NCBI GenBank assembly: GCA_963765495.1
Contig: CAVXWP010000002.1
Coordinates: forward strand, 32,001 to 96,000
DNA length: 64,000 nucleotides
Source of the DNA: Blastocatellia bacterium
Lineage (GTDB): Bacteria > Acidobacteriota > Blastocatellia > UBA7656
Direction of reading: 5' to 3'
This document shows, one piece after another, positions 20,278 to 29,440 of the stretch; position 1 is the stretch's first letter, and every line of letters starts with the position of its first letter. The position numbers were made by a program, and so were the translations under genes. Below the pieces are notes generated by a model. The model was not told the DNA's origin and did no database searches. It was given only the letters and a program-made list of their open reading frames with translations.

Positions 20278-20340
20278 TCTCGCCGTCTATTTGTGAGATA
20301 ATAGAATCGTAAACATTTAGGGTGAACCAGAAAGGTATTC

Positions 20341-20961
20341 ATGAAATTGCACATACCCTGCTTATTCACTATCTTCTCTTTGTTTCTTCCATCCGCTGTG
20401 GTTTCTCAAGATTCACATGTTCATTCTCAATATAATAAGAATATAAAGGCCACTGTTGTTCAAACCGATTCTATGTTTCTCGTTAATTCTCTTTCTCACT
20501 TCTTGCAATTTGAATTGACCTCCAATTTGCCCGGCGAACACTTGACAAAGCCTCCAAAGAAAATAACTTTGATGATTTGGTCAAGTTCCCCGACTATCCT
20601 TTTCACAAAGGACACAGATCGGAAGATTCGCTTCAATACTGATGGCGAAAGATGGACATTATCACCGACGACCTATCTGCTCTTGAAAGGAGAAGCCAAG
20701 AATGGGAAGGAAGCATTCTATTCTGAGAAACGTCCAGACATGGGTATAACATTTTCATTGCCGCAAACTGCACTGATTAGGAACGGGAGGGACATAAATG
20801 GATTGTACCTAGAATGGATAATTGGTGAGCTGAAACCAGAGCAATTGAAAAAACTTATTGAAGCGAAGGAGGTCGCGGGAGAAATGGGAAGATCAATCTT
20901 CAACCTCACAGAAAACCAGTTGAATACAATTCGAGAGTTTGCAAATCGCATCACTCCTTAA
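20341..20961 (+). CDS. secreted hypothetical protein
   Basis: Signal peptide; fills the cassette. Confidence 0.7.
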   Translation: MKLHIPCLFTIFSLFLPSAVVSQDSHVHSQYNKNIKATVVQTDSMFLVNSLSHFLQFELTSNLPGEHLTKPPKKITLMIWSSSPTILFTKDTDRKIRFNTDGERWTLSPTTYLLLKGEAKNGKEAFYSEKRPDMGITFSLPQTALIRNGRDINGLYLEWIIGELKPEQLKKLIEAKEVAGEMGRSIFNLTENQLNTIREFANRITP

Positions 20962-20973
20962 GAAAGGAAACCA

Positions 20974-21058
20974 GCCTAACTGCTCATTCCAGCGGACGCG
21001 CTTTCCAACTACTCGTGTTCCATCAACCGCCAGCGCGCCGCTGAACTCGTCGTTAGGC
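20974..21058 (+). repeat. attC site 17
   Basis: Main attC family. Confidence 0.9.
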
Positions 21059-21212
21059 CCCCTCGTTTGCCCTGCGAGTCTTGATTTGGAAAAGAGAATG
21101 AGAATGTTGGCCCGCCAAGAAATTGACCGATTCAAATTGAATATCAGTCTCATTCTGCATAATATTAATGCGCATTCGCAGATTCGGTTAGAGCTTTGTC
21201 ATCTGTAATTGT

Positions 21213-22019
21213 ATGTTACAAGAACACATAGAAATACTTCAGAAGCAGATGATGCTCCGATTGGAGGAGATACGCACAACCTATCGCCATAGTGGGAACA
21301 AAGGAACCAACGCCGAACAGGTTCTTCGTGACTTCTTAAGATATTTCCTGCCACCATATAACCGTGTCGGTCACGGGGAGGTAATTGATCATAGTGGTGT
21401 TAGTAGTCGCCAACTCGACGTCATAATCACTAACGAGTACCACCCGTTCCTCAATGATCTTTCCGTGCCTAGTGTATTTATTGTAGAGGGTGTGTCCTGC
21501 GTTGCAGAGGTGAAGAGCGTGCTAACAGGAGTTGAGCTTGAACGAGCATTAGAAAACTCCCTTTCCTTCAAGCGTCTATCTGTAACTATCCAGAAAGGTG
21601 CAACCGTTTTCGGAAATCGAGAGGACATCTCGCGATTCGTCGATAAGCGGCCATCATTCCTCTTTGCATTCGAATCACAACTCTCAATAATGACGATCAA
21701 AACAAAAATTGAGGCGTGGAATCAGAAACATGGCCTTGCAGTTCCAGAGCAGATTGATGCGGTTTTCATAATGACAGGAGGTAGCATTATTAACTTTGGG
21801 ACTGGCGCGGGAACTCTACAATTCATCACGCCTGAGGGAGAATCTAAGCCTGGGTATGTTTTCCGAGACCCAAACAACGACCGCCCTCTCGTTTCGCTCC
21901 TCTCATGGATTAGTGCCTCACTTCCGCATTTCACCTTACCGTCCCCCCCTATTCTCAATTATCTTGTAAAAGATATAACAACTATCAATAGTGGACCTAA
22001 ACCAACAGAAGATGCATAA
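21213..22019 (+). CDS. DUF6602-like PD-(D/E)xK nuclease-fold protein
   Basis: H.G.KG..AE..LRDFL...LP....G.GEVID..S.QLDVII...EGV..VAEVKS pattern. Confidence 0.75.
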   Translation: MLQEHIEILQKQMMLRLEEIRTTYRHSGNKGTNAEQVLRDFLRYFLPPYNRVGHGEVIDHSGVSSRQLDVIITNEYHPFLNDLSVPSVFIVEGVSCVAEVKSVLTGVELERALENSLSFKRLSVTIQKGATVFGNREDISRFVDKRPSFLFAFESQLSIMTIKTKIEAWNQKHGLAVPEQIDAVFIMTGGSIINFGTGAGTLQFITPEGESKPGYVFRDPNNDRPLVSLLSWISASLPHFTLPSPPILNYLVKDITTINSGPKPTEDA

Positions 22020-22050
22020 CAATCATTTGTGATATTTGGTTAGAAGTCCG

Positions 22051-22135
22051 GCCTAACTGCTCATTCCAGCGGACGCGCATTCCACCTCCTCATTATCCCT
22101 TCAATACCCGCGCGCCGCTGAACTCGTCGTTATAC
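22051..22135 (+). repeat. attC site 18
   Basis: Main family but ends GTTATAC. Confidence 0.88.
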
Positions 22136-22293
22136 CCCTGCGCGATGTCGCGGCACTTTCAATGCTGAGTGGAGAATGGAAACTACATTCTTGAAAAGCT
22201 GGATTTGGCGGGTTGCTCTATTCATGGCTTCTGAATCGAGGTGTCTGCGATGTAAGCATCTCTTCAACCAACTGCACAAAGTTTCACTACGGG

Positions 22294-22379
22294 GCATAAC
22301 AATCGGTTCGACCGGACCCGCATTCCAACTACTCGTGTTCCATCAACCCACAGCGGGCCGATCAACCGAGGCGTTAGGC
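22294..22379 (+). repeat. attC site 19 (follows a ~160-bp ORF-less cassette)
   Basis: GCATAAC..TCGGTTCGACCGG/CCGATCAACCGA..GTTAGGC. Confidence 0.88.
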
Positions 22380-22458
22380 GTCTTGATTAGAGTCGAAAAA
22401 TTCAGCTATCCTGAATTCAAAAGCATAAACTTGAGTTGAATAGATTCGGATCGTTGAA

Positions 22459-23640
22459 ATGCCAAGGAAGAAAACTACAAATAGAAAGCAATCCAAACAG
22501 AGGCAGCAAACAGGCTCTACTGTAAAGAAGGGGAAGATCGTTGAGAAGATTACAGCAGCATTTCATGAAAACCCTGATGTAACCGTTCGCCTTAACGTAT
22601 TCCTTCCCGTGCTTGGAACGGGGAAAAGAAGACGAGAAATAGATGTTTTAGTCGTTGGTCAGGTAGCAGGATATTCTAAGAGAATTGCTTTCGAGTGCAA
22701 AAACGAAAGATCATCTGTTGGTGTTCAAAAGATAGACGAATTTATAGGCAAGCTGAAAGATGTGGGAATCCCGCCACAAGATGGAGTTTATGTTTCTGCA
22801 AGTGGTTACACTCAAGGCGCAATCGAAAGAGCTCATAAAGAAGGTCTTAAAACGCTTACCCTTGAAGGACTTACCAAAGAAGGACTCTCGGCTATCCTTC
22901 ATGAAGCCTTCCAAGCAGTCGTTTTTCTTATGGGTGAGATTACTCAATTCACTATAGAATACGACGAGGAAACAGGTTGCTCTGACAATCCTTATATGTT
23001 TTTCAATGAAAGAGGCGAGTTCTACACCTTTCTCCATGATTTTCTTTGGGATGCATGGCTAACAGGCCAACTCCCTTTGATAATAGGAACCCATTCTTAC
23101 AATGTTAAACTGCCACAAAAGCTTTATCAGTTTGTGGATAAGAAGCTTAAATCTGTCAGGGCTGTCACAATAAAGTCGATGATTTCAGGACTTGTAATTC
23201 ATACATCGGGGAAGGGTGAACAGTTATTGCTTCGAGATGCAAGCACAAAAGCTATTGAACGAACTACGGTGAAGATCAAGTTCGATACTTCGAAGAAACA
23301 GTATCCTGCCACCTTAATTCAGAGTGAAAAAGAACTTGATTCATTTCTTGAAAGGCTAGAACCCTTTAGAATTGTAACACGTGTAAGACTTCCAAGGATT
23401 AGAACAGACCGAGGGGTTTACTGGCCGCCAAGTGATCGAATAGTTTCCGTTCTTATGCAAAGACACCGTGCCTATCAGATGGGCGAAATCTCAGAACTAT
23501 CCTTCGATGATTTAGGAGAAATCGAAGGGTCTGAGCTTAATGGTGCTTGGGAATCAATTTCAGAAAGATATATAGCGGCTCGCCAATATTGGAGAAGTAC
23601 TAGCGAATCAAAAAAGAGCGAATCAGAAAAGGATGAGTAG
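22459..23640 (+). CDS. Mrr_cat-like restriction endonuclease domain protein
   Basis: REIDVLV..IAFECKN..VGVQKIDEFIGKL.DVG..GVYVSASGYT.GA; uncharacterised C-terminal region. Confidence 0.8.
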   Translation: MPRKKTTNRKQSKQRQQTGSTVKKGKIVEKITAAFHENPDVTVRLNVFLPVLGTGKRRREIDVLVVGQVAGYSKRIAFECKNERSSVGVQKIDEFIGKLKDVGIPPQDGVYVSASGYTQGAIERAHKEGLKTLTLEGLTKEGLSAILHEAFQAVVFLMGEITQFTIEYDEETGCSDNPYMFFNERGEFYTFLHDFLWDAWLTGQLPLIIGTHSYNVKLPQKLYQFVDKKLKSVRAVTIKSMISGLVIHTSGKGEQLLLRDASTKAIERTTVKIKFDTSKKQYPATLIQSEKELDSFLERLEPFRIVTRVRLPRIRTDRGVYWPPSDRIVSVLMQRHRAYQMGEISELSFDDLGEIEGSELNGAWESISERYIAARQYWRSTSESKKSESEKDE

Positions 23641-23732
23641 TCAATATCAGGAGATAAAACCGATGAGGTGTATGTATTGGGCTAATAAACCTTAATACTT
23701 CGAAAGCTTCGTCGATAATCCCCAAGTCTGCC

Positions 23733-23782
23733 GCCTAACTGCTCATTCCAGCGGACCCGCATTCCAACTTCTCATTGTTCCA
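23733..23782 (+). repeat. truncated attC site 20 (left arm only)
   Basis: GCCTAACTGCTCATTCCAGCGGACCCGCATTCCAACTTCTCATTGTTCC, then unrelated sequence with no right arm. Confidence 0.85.
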
Positions 23783-23947
23783 GAGATGAATGGGGGCGCT
23801 CGCATCGCCCCGGCTGATTCATCCGCTTGCTTGCCCTCATTTATCATCCGTTGCTGTTTGTTCGTCACTGTCAGCCAAATGTTTTTCTATGACTTCGCGC
23901 AGAATCTCGGCCGCATTCCTTCCACCAATCACTTCATACCGGCCTGT

Positions 23948-24190
23948 CTATAACCTCAGCGCCAATCTGTAGGCTTCCGACTCCCTAAACAACAATTCAA
24001 TAAATCGGTCCAGTTCGGTTTCTACTACCTGCCAGCCGCAGCCTCCTTTCCTCATCCCTCGGCGCAATACAATAAACAGGTCAGCTAATGCTTCTCGGCT
24101 CTCTTCTGATAGTCCTTCAAGGCGTACAAGCCTGCTCTCATCATCCATAAACAGGATGGCTTGATTCTCCTGGCTCGATTCTGTTTCCAT
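23948..24190 (-). CDS. hypothetical protein
   Basis: Last gene of the leftward operon; 80-aa ORF. Confidence 0.55.
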   Translation of the reverse strand: METESSQENQAILFMDDESRLVRLEGLSEESREALADLFIVLRRGMRKGGCGWQVVETELDRFIELLFRESEAYRLALRL

Positions 24191-24274
24191 GTTCTTGCCT
24201 TTCTACGCGCTGATGAGGCGCGTGGGATAGTGGGCCGTGCGGTTCTTTGTCGGAGCGCACGGCCCGTAGCCTTA

Positions 24275-24631
24275 CTATGCTGCGCGCTGTCCTAACTCGG
24301 CGCGCTCATAATCAATCAAGGCAATTCGATAATCTCGGCGCATTCGCTCAATCTCTGCGGTGAGCATAGCACCCCGGCGCTCAAGAATTCGGGCTGTCTC
24401 TCTGTCTCGGCTGTATTGAGCATCGGCTTTCAGAGTGGCGCGTGCGGCTCTCTCGCGTAGCTTGTCGTTTGTGTACATCGGCTTCCCGTCTTCGCCTCTG
24501 GCCTCGGCCGCATCACACACGGCGTCAAGCTCTCTGTCTTTGATCTGCTCTCTCACAATGGCGAGGTCTTCACTATCGGTTATCAACTCCTGTTGCTTGC
24601 TTTCGATCTGTGCGGGTATCTGATGAATCAT
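24275..24631 (-). CDS. coiled-coil hypothetical protein
   Basis: AGGAGA RBS before MIHQIPAQ; YTNDKLRE motif within a coiled coil. Confidence 0.65.
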   Translation of the reverse strand: MIHQIPAQIESKQQELITDSEDLAIVREQIKDRELDAVCDAAEARGEDGKPMYTNDKLRERAARATLKADAQYSRDRETARILERRGAMLTAEIERMRRDYRIALIDYERAELGQRAA

Positions 24632-24681
24632 GGTCTTATCTCCTGAGTGGGGCAAGTCGAGCTTGCCCCGGTCTGGTGTCG

Positions 24682-25455
24682 TTAGTTTGTGGTTGCGACC
24701 TGTCCGGCCTTTATGATCTTGTCGGCTACGGCAAAGATTCGCTGTGCGCTTCGTTCGGGGATCGCCTCGCCTTTTAACCAGTTCTGTATATATCCCTTGC
24801 AATAGCTGGCCCCTTCGAGGTCGAGAGCATCGAGACAAAGCAGGGCGACCGCTTCGGCCTCAGCCTCTCGAAGTGAGCGCGGAAGCGTGGCCGCGTCGTT
24901 AAAGTCTGCCTCGGTCACATGTCCTAAAAGGATGTGGCCGCATTCGTGGAAGAGTGTCTTATGTGGGAAAGTTGCCAGCGGCGAGATTGCGATTGACCGC
25001 TTCGCTGTGGCGTAGCCCTGAACATTCCCATCTGTGTGCGCGAATTTTTCCTCTGTAATGTCGAGGGCGGTTAGTGCCTGGGCCTTATCCCATTCCGGCA
25101 TCGGCGGCATCTGGTAAGGCTCTCCATCGGTCTGACAGATGACGAACCATCGAGGCTTGTAGACGAATGCCTTTATGAAAGCCTCTTTCTCTCCATCGTC
25201 GTTTGTGCGCTTTGCCGCGAGCGGCATACACAAAGTTAAAGCTCTTTCGCCTTTGCGGACCTGACGGCCGAGTGATTGCCAGCCGGGGTATGTGTTTATG
25301 GGGCCGGGTTCAATCCCTCTGATGTTGCATTGAACCATTGCGGCAATTTGATTGCCTATCGAGTACGAGTGAAAAGCAGAGTAGGCTTTGAGAATTAATC
25401 CCGGCTCGCTCACTGCTGCTGTGAGTAAATCGCTCCATCGTGTTTGATCGTCCAT
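24682..25455 (-). CDS. ardC: ArdC-like antirestriction/ssDNA-binding protein with zincin-like domain
   Basis: FHSYS.GNQ..TYPGW..LGRQVRKGERA..FVI.QTDGE, HECGH and EAEAEAVA..YIQNWL motifs. Confidence 0.8.
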   Translation of the reverse strand: MDDQTRWSDLLTAAVSEPGLILKAYSAFHSYSIGNQIAAMVQCNIRGIEPGPINTYPGWQSLGRQVRKGERALTLCMPLAAKRTNDDGEKEAFIKAFVYKPRWFVICQTDGEPYQMPPMPEWDKAQALTALDITEEKFAHTDGNVQGYATAKRSIAISPLATFPHKTLFHECGHILLGHVTEADFNDAATLPRSLREAEAEAVALLCLDALDLEGASYCKGYIQNWLKGEAIPERSAQRIFAVADKIIKAGQVATTN

Positions 25456-25506
25456 AGCATCCTCCAAAGTGAAGCGGGGCAAGCATCGAGAGCTTGCCCC
25501 AACTGG

Positions 25507-25854
25507 TCAGTGAGAATAGTGCGCTGTATAAAAGGCGCGGTTCATTTCGTGAGCGGGATCGGTGCGGACGTTGAGAAGATTGAAAGCCCATCTTCGAGAT
25601 AGTGCGCTGATCTGTCCGCCGATGCGTCCGAATGCTCGAAAGTCGCCTTGTGCGATGTGGTAGGCAATGTGACAGCCTTTGTGAACCGGCTCGGTTTCGG
25701 TCCCTCCCTGGCTGCGATAAACCGGATGATGCAGGTTTGTTACATCATCCGGTTTGATTGCCTGCTCGCACAGTCCACAGATCAAATGTCTATACCGCCA
25801 ATGCGAAGGTCCGAGCGGTTGCATTTGTGAAGTGGGCATTTTGGGTGCTCGCAA
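25507..25854 (-). CDS. HNH endonuclease-like protein
   Basis: CGLC..NLHH...RSQGG...PVHKGCH. Confidence 0.7.
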   Translation of the reverse strand: MRAPKMPTSQMQPLGPSHWRYRHLICGLCEQAIKPDDVTNLHHPVYRSQGGTETEPVHKGCHIAYHIAQGDFRAFGRIGGQISALSRRWAFNLLNVRTDPAHEMNRAFYTAHYSH

Positions 25855-26090
25855 GCTTTCTTGATGAGCACTTGTGCGCCGTCATCAAGTGTGACAGGCT
25901 TTGCGCCATCCCATGCTTTTGTTTCTTCTTCTGCCAGTCGGATGGTTTCAAGGTCTTCTGACCAATCGCTGTAGCCCTCAAAGTCATCGGCTGCGGATAA
26001 CTCTTCGGCCTGTAATTGAAGGCTGTAGGCTGCGGGGTAATAATCCTGAGTGAGTGATTGAATGTCGGTCGGTGTCGTGTTAGTCTTCAT
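25782..26090 (-). CDS. acidic hypothetical protein with Cys/His-rich C terminus
   Basis: AAGGA RBS before MKTNTT; CEHPKCPLHKC. Confidence 0.55.
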   Translation of the reverse strand: MKTNTTPTDIQSLTQDYYPAAYSLQLQAEELSAADDFEGYSDWSEDLETIRLAEEETKAWDGAKPVTLDDGAQVLIKKACEHPKCPLHKCNRSDLRIGGIDI

Positions 26091-26166
26091 CTTGATAATC
26101 CTTTCATTCTTGACGGGGTGAAAGATTTGAGAGGCTGAGAGGGTCCAATCTCTCAGCCTTTCGCTG

Positions 26167-26295
26167 TTAGAATGGGTAGTCTTGTTCGTCTTCGTGTAAC
26201 CATTCGCCAAAGTCTTCGGCGGACATTTCAAACTCAACTTGCGGAATGTTGCCTGCCTTGACTTGCTCAAGTGTGCGCGTCTCTTTTTCCTTCAT
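26167..26295 (-). CDS. 42-aa acidic peptide ending DEQDYPF
   Basis: Hand translation MKEKETRTLEQVKAGNIPQVEFEMSAEDFGEWLHEDEQDYPF; AGGAGA RBS; below the ORF-track cutoff. Confidence 0.55.
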   Translation of the reverse strand: MKEKETRTLEQVKAGNIPQVEFEMSAEDFGEWLHEDEQDYPF

Positions 26296-26473
26296 CGTTG
26301 TAGTCTCCTGAATTGAAGTAGTGAATTGTTTTGGGTGAGTGTTGCGTGTTGTCGGATGAGTTACTATTCTTGGCTCATCTCTGCGCCCGTCACCTAATCA
26401 GCTACGGAACCTCGCCGTAGTCCCTTTTGGCTTCGCACTAAGTTATCAAACATCAATCATTCAATGATTAAAT

Positions 26474-26643
26474 ATTACGCTCTTTCGGAATTTATGTCAA
26501 GAAAATAATTACGATTCATCGTAAATTGCCTCTTGAAAAATTACCACTCTTACTGGAAAATGTTAAATAGTACTAACGAAAGAGCGTAATAAACTGACAA
26601 GCAAATATTTTCATTCTTGTAATTGATTCCGAAAGGGTGTAAA
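26474..26643. promoter_or_regulatory. divergent promoter region with repeated operator-like motif
   Basis: ATTACGCTCTTTCG (26474) and its perfect inverse CGAAAGAGCGTAAT (26577), plus the variant CGAAAGGGTGTAA near 26630; AT-rich. Confidence 0.6.
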
Positions 26644-26675
26644 CTGGCCTCTGAGTTTGCTAGTATGCGGAGGCT

Positions 26676-27032
26676 ATGATGAAACTATTTGTCAAAGAAG
26701 TAGCAGAAGCCAAAGGATACAAGAACGCGAAGGCTTTGACGGATGCCATGTCTGAGTCCTTCGGAGTTCGGATTTCCTATTCGACTATTTACCCTTTGTG
26801 GGATGATACAGCGCAGCAATGGTCAAGAAAGACATTTGACCGGCTGTGTAAATTCCTACAGGTTCCGGCTGGCATGCTGATCCAGTTCGTTGATGAATCG
26901 GTGCTTTCTAATCAAAATTCGACATCGAAGGAAAGCGGGAAGTCGAAACGAGCATTAGGCGCTAAGACTGAGAGCAAATCAAAGCGTGCTATACATAGGG
27001 CTGCCGGTCTGAGAGTTACGGCACTTAGCTGA
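26676..27032 (+). CDS. Cro/CI-type HTH regulator
   Basis: KLFVKEVAEAKG..ISYSTIYPLW..TFDRLCKFLQV..G.LI pattern. Confidence 0.75.
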   Translation: MMKLFVKEVAEAKGYKNAKALTDAMSESFGVRISYSTIYPLWDDTAQQWSRKTFDRLCKFLQVPAGMLIQFVDESVLSNQNSTSKESGKSKRALGAKTESKSKRAIHRAAGLRVTALS

Positions 27033-27043
27033 TAGGATGCGCG

Positions 27044-27310
27044 ATGGCTATCACAGGCATTCCAGCATATGACGGGCGAATTGCTGTAGAGTTCTCGTTG
27101 CGTTGCTTGTGCGGCCGTCGCTTTTTTGTCTTCAACCCATCCGGCTCTGTGATCGGTGCGGCCGAAGACAGGGCAAAAGAGCGAGCCGTAAAATTGAAAG
27201 CTACCTATGTTAATGCTCGGCTCTCGCCCTGGCGGTACTGTGAAGATTGCCATCAGTTGCTCATTTTTTCGGCTGAGTGCGATATTCAAACAAGTGAGTT
27301 TGTGCAGTAG
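27044..27310 (+). CDS. small Cys-rich (Zn-binding) protein
   Basis: CLCG and CEDC pairs. Confidence 0.55.
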   Translation: MAITGIPAYDGRIAVEFSLRCLCGRRFFVFNPSGSVIGAAEDRAKERAVKLKATYVNARLSPWRYCEDCHQLLIFSAECDIQTSEFVQ

Positions 27311-27335
27311 TAAACCACTTATGGAGTAGTAACCA

Positions 27336-27560
27336 ATGAAAAAAGAAGATGTTTCACCGACCTTGCCCGATACATCATCAACCTCGATGTTGCCACAATC
27401 AATGACTTCATCCGAGAAACCCGTGCCGAAGCTCAGTCAGAAAGCGTACAACGCGCTGTTTCGGATACTCAAGAAGAGAGCGAGTCAGCACAAGGCCAAC
27501 AAGATCGCGGCAGATCAAGCATTAAGAGTCGCGCCGAAAATCAGCGACGAGATAATGTAA
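27336..27560 (+). CDS. hypothetical protein
   Basis: GGAG RBS; co-oriented in the operon. Confidence 0.45.
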   Translation: MKKEDVSPTLPDTSSTSMLPQSMTSSEKPVPKLSQKAYNALFRILKKRASQHKANKIAADQALRVAPKISDEIM

Positions 27561-27683
27561 GATCATGAAGATTTTCAATCTTCGGCTTGCCTAACGTTGG
27601 CCTCATGAACCAGCGGACAGCCGCGCGATACTTGGCATGATTAGTAAGTTAGAGTTATTGTGCTGTCTTCGGGAGGAGTACTT

Positions 27684-29114
27684 ATGGCAATCGAAATAAG
27701 CCAAGCAATTAGAGACCTTGATAATCCTCAAGGACATGATCGCCTTATCGGGGGATTCGGTCAGTGCTTCTCTGCACACGCTTGGGAAGGCCATCAGCAC
27801 TACGGCCCTGGGGCACTAGTTGTAGTCCTTTCAGATGTGAAGGAAGTTAAAAATTCGCCTGGGCACTTTGCGGTCTCACCAAAATATGCCCCGCAAGGTA
27901 GCGAATTATTAAAGAAAACGGGATTTTGGCCGCACAGTGGAATGGAAAAGATACTCGAAGAATATGATCCAGAGCGTGAAGTAATAATTATCATTGTTGG
28001 GCTGAGTAGACGAGTTGATTGTTATAGCTGGCCCACGCCTGAAAATATATTTCCTCCCAAAGCTCACAAAGAATGGAGAGCTAAACATCCTATTGGAATC
28101 CGACTCGATCCTAACAGTACTCTGGAAGAATGCCTGCAAGTCTTAATCAATTATGAATTCAGTCAAAGGGAAAAACAGATAGCAGTTCGAAAGAGGATTT
28201 TATCTGACCCTGCTCATCAAGCTAGCTACCTGAGTAGTCTTATTGAGGAGCAGAAAAGGCTGCGCGCAGAACTCGAAGCGGGTGGTATAGGGATAGATAT
28301 AAATGGCCGGGCGTATCTCATTGAAGAACCGACTCAGCCCCCTAGGAATTCATTTGAACGGCTGAATCATTCGATAAAGGTCGTGGAGTATTTGGCTACA
28401 ACCACTGCCGTAAATCGAGCGGTTCAAGTTTACGAAATGAGTAAGGCAAGCGGAGGAGATTGGCTCAAAGAAGCGGCCAGAGCCGGACTTGAAACCTATG
28501 ATGATAAATTGACCGTTTCGATGGCTTCACACTTGTCAGCGGATTTCATTTCTGAGGTTGATTTAGCAGACGATACAGAAGAAATACGTAAGATTATTCT
28601 GCTATTAACGGCAGCAAGGCTTCGTGCCAATATGAAAAGGTATCCACGTATTCAGGCAGCATTGGAGGCTGAAGCGAGAGCAGAAGGTAAATCAGTCAAT
28701 GATATATTGCTATCAAAACTTCTGAGCGGCACGGTTCTCGCTTGGGCTGCGTATGAACAAGAGACACATAGCCCTTCTTTCAATGACAGTAACATTCTCG
28801 TCAATGAACTCGCCAAACTAATTACCAATGACTCTCAGCCTGAAAGAGAGCAAAACTATCTGAGCGACCCACAAAGTCAGATAGATAAAACGGCCGATTC
28901 AAGCTCTATGGATTTTGCACGACATTTAGAAAGCATGGATGAATTGACAGCATGGTTCCGACGAGCGCGATTGACTCCTGCTGAACAGGAAGTAATTGAA
29001 TTTAAGGCGCTAGGATATACCTACGAAAAAATCGCGGAAGAGACTGGTCGCTCGGTCGGAACAGTTAAGCCGTTAGCTTCGCACGCTTTACGGAAGCTTG
29101 AGCGATCTCTCTAA
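27684..29114 (+). CDS. protein with C-terminal sigma70 region 4/LuxR-type HTH
   Basis: LTPAEQEVIEFKALGYTYEKIAEETGRSVGTVK..SHALRKL; GGAGGAG RBS. Confidence 0.7.
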   Translation: MAIEISQAIRDLDNPQGHDRLIGGFGQCFSAHAWEGHQHYGPGALVVVLSDVKEVKNSPGHFAVSPKYAPQGSELLKKTGFWPHSGMEKILEEYDPEREVIIIIVGLSRRVDCYSWPTPENIFPPKAHKEWRAKHPIGIRLDPNSTLEECLQVLINYEFSQREKQIAVRKRILSDPAHQASYLSSLIEEQKRLRAELEAGGIGIDINGRAYLIEEPTQPPRNSFERLNHSIKVVEYLATTTAVNRAVQVYEMSKASGGDWLKEAARAGLETYDDKLTVSMASHLSADFISEVDLADDTEEIRKIILLLTAARLRANMKRYPRIQAALEAEARAEGKSVNDILLSKLLSGTVLAWAAYEQETHSPSFNDSNILVNELAKLITNDSQPEREQNYLSDPQSQIDKTADSSSMDFARHLESMDELTAWFRRARLTPAEQEVIEFKALGYTYEKIAEETGRSVGTVKPLASHALRKLERSL

Positions 29115-29212
29115 TTACAAATTTCCTCCCTGAAAATCTTTCAAAAAAAACTTATGTGGTCGTAAACCTTTTTGCCTTCCTTGCTGCATATCTAGTGAGG
29201 GAGAAAAAGACA

Positions 29213-29440
29213 ATGACTACCTTTGTTGCTATCTATCGTGGCCAGACGGTCTCAGATTCGCGTTTGGTGGCTCTGAGTGCTGACCCCTCATTAGTCGCTG
29301 ATGTGACGGCACGAATACTTGCTGAGAGACAGGGTGAAGAGCCTGATCCGGTCGTGGCCTGTGTGGAAGAGGGTAAACGCAAGGCGCTTCGACTTATTCA
29401 AGGGGAGACTTCAAGGGATGGGCGCAACGGGCAAAGCTAA
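29213..29440 (+). CDS. hypothetical protein
   Basis: GGAG RBS before MTTFVAIYRG; overlaps the primase start. Confidence 0.6.
   Translation: MTTFVAIYRGQTVSDSRLVALSADPSLVADVTARILAERQGEEPDPVVACVEEGKRKALRLIQGETSRDGRNGQS

Larger units (their letters stand above)
944..23782 (+). mobile_element. integron gene-cassette array (attC cluster; integrase not in window)
   Basis: 20 co-oriented 85-94 bp imperfect palindromes RYYYAAC...GTTRRRY (mostly GCCTAAC...GTTAGGC), each following one + strand ORF or a short ORF-less segment. Confidence 0.95.

Noticed and set aside
944-23782. The ~85-bp repeats as a CRISPR array or REP/MITE family
   Set aside because: They are separated by gene-sized units and have the AAC/GTT core and bulged-stem architecture of attC sites.
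1971-23972. Short ORFs containing PNCSFQRTR..APLNSSLG or RVRWNEQLG
   Set aside because: Read-through of attC sequences, not genes.
27589-27654. GCCTAAC...GTTAGAG possible attC within the satellite-like element
   Set aside because: The stem is short and irregular and the right core does not fit GTTRRRY; too weak without a covariance-model score.
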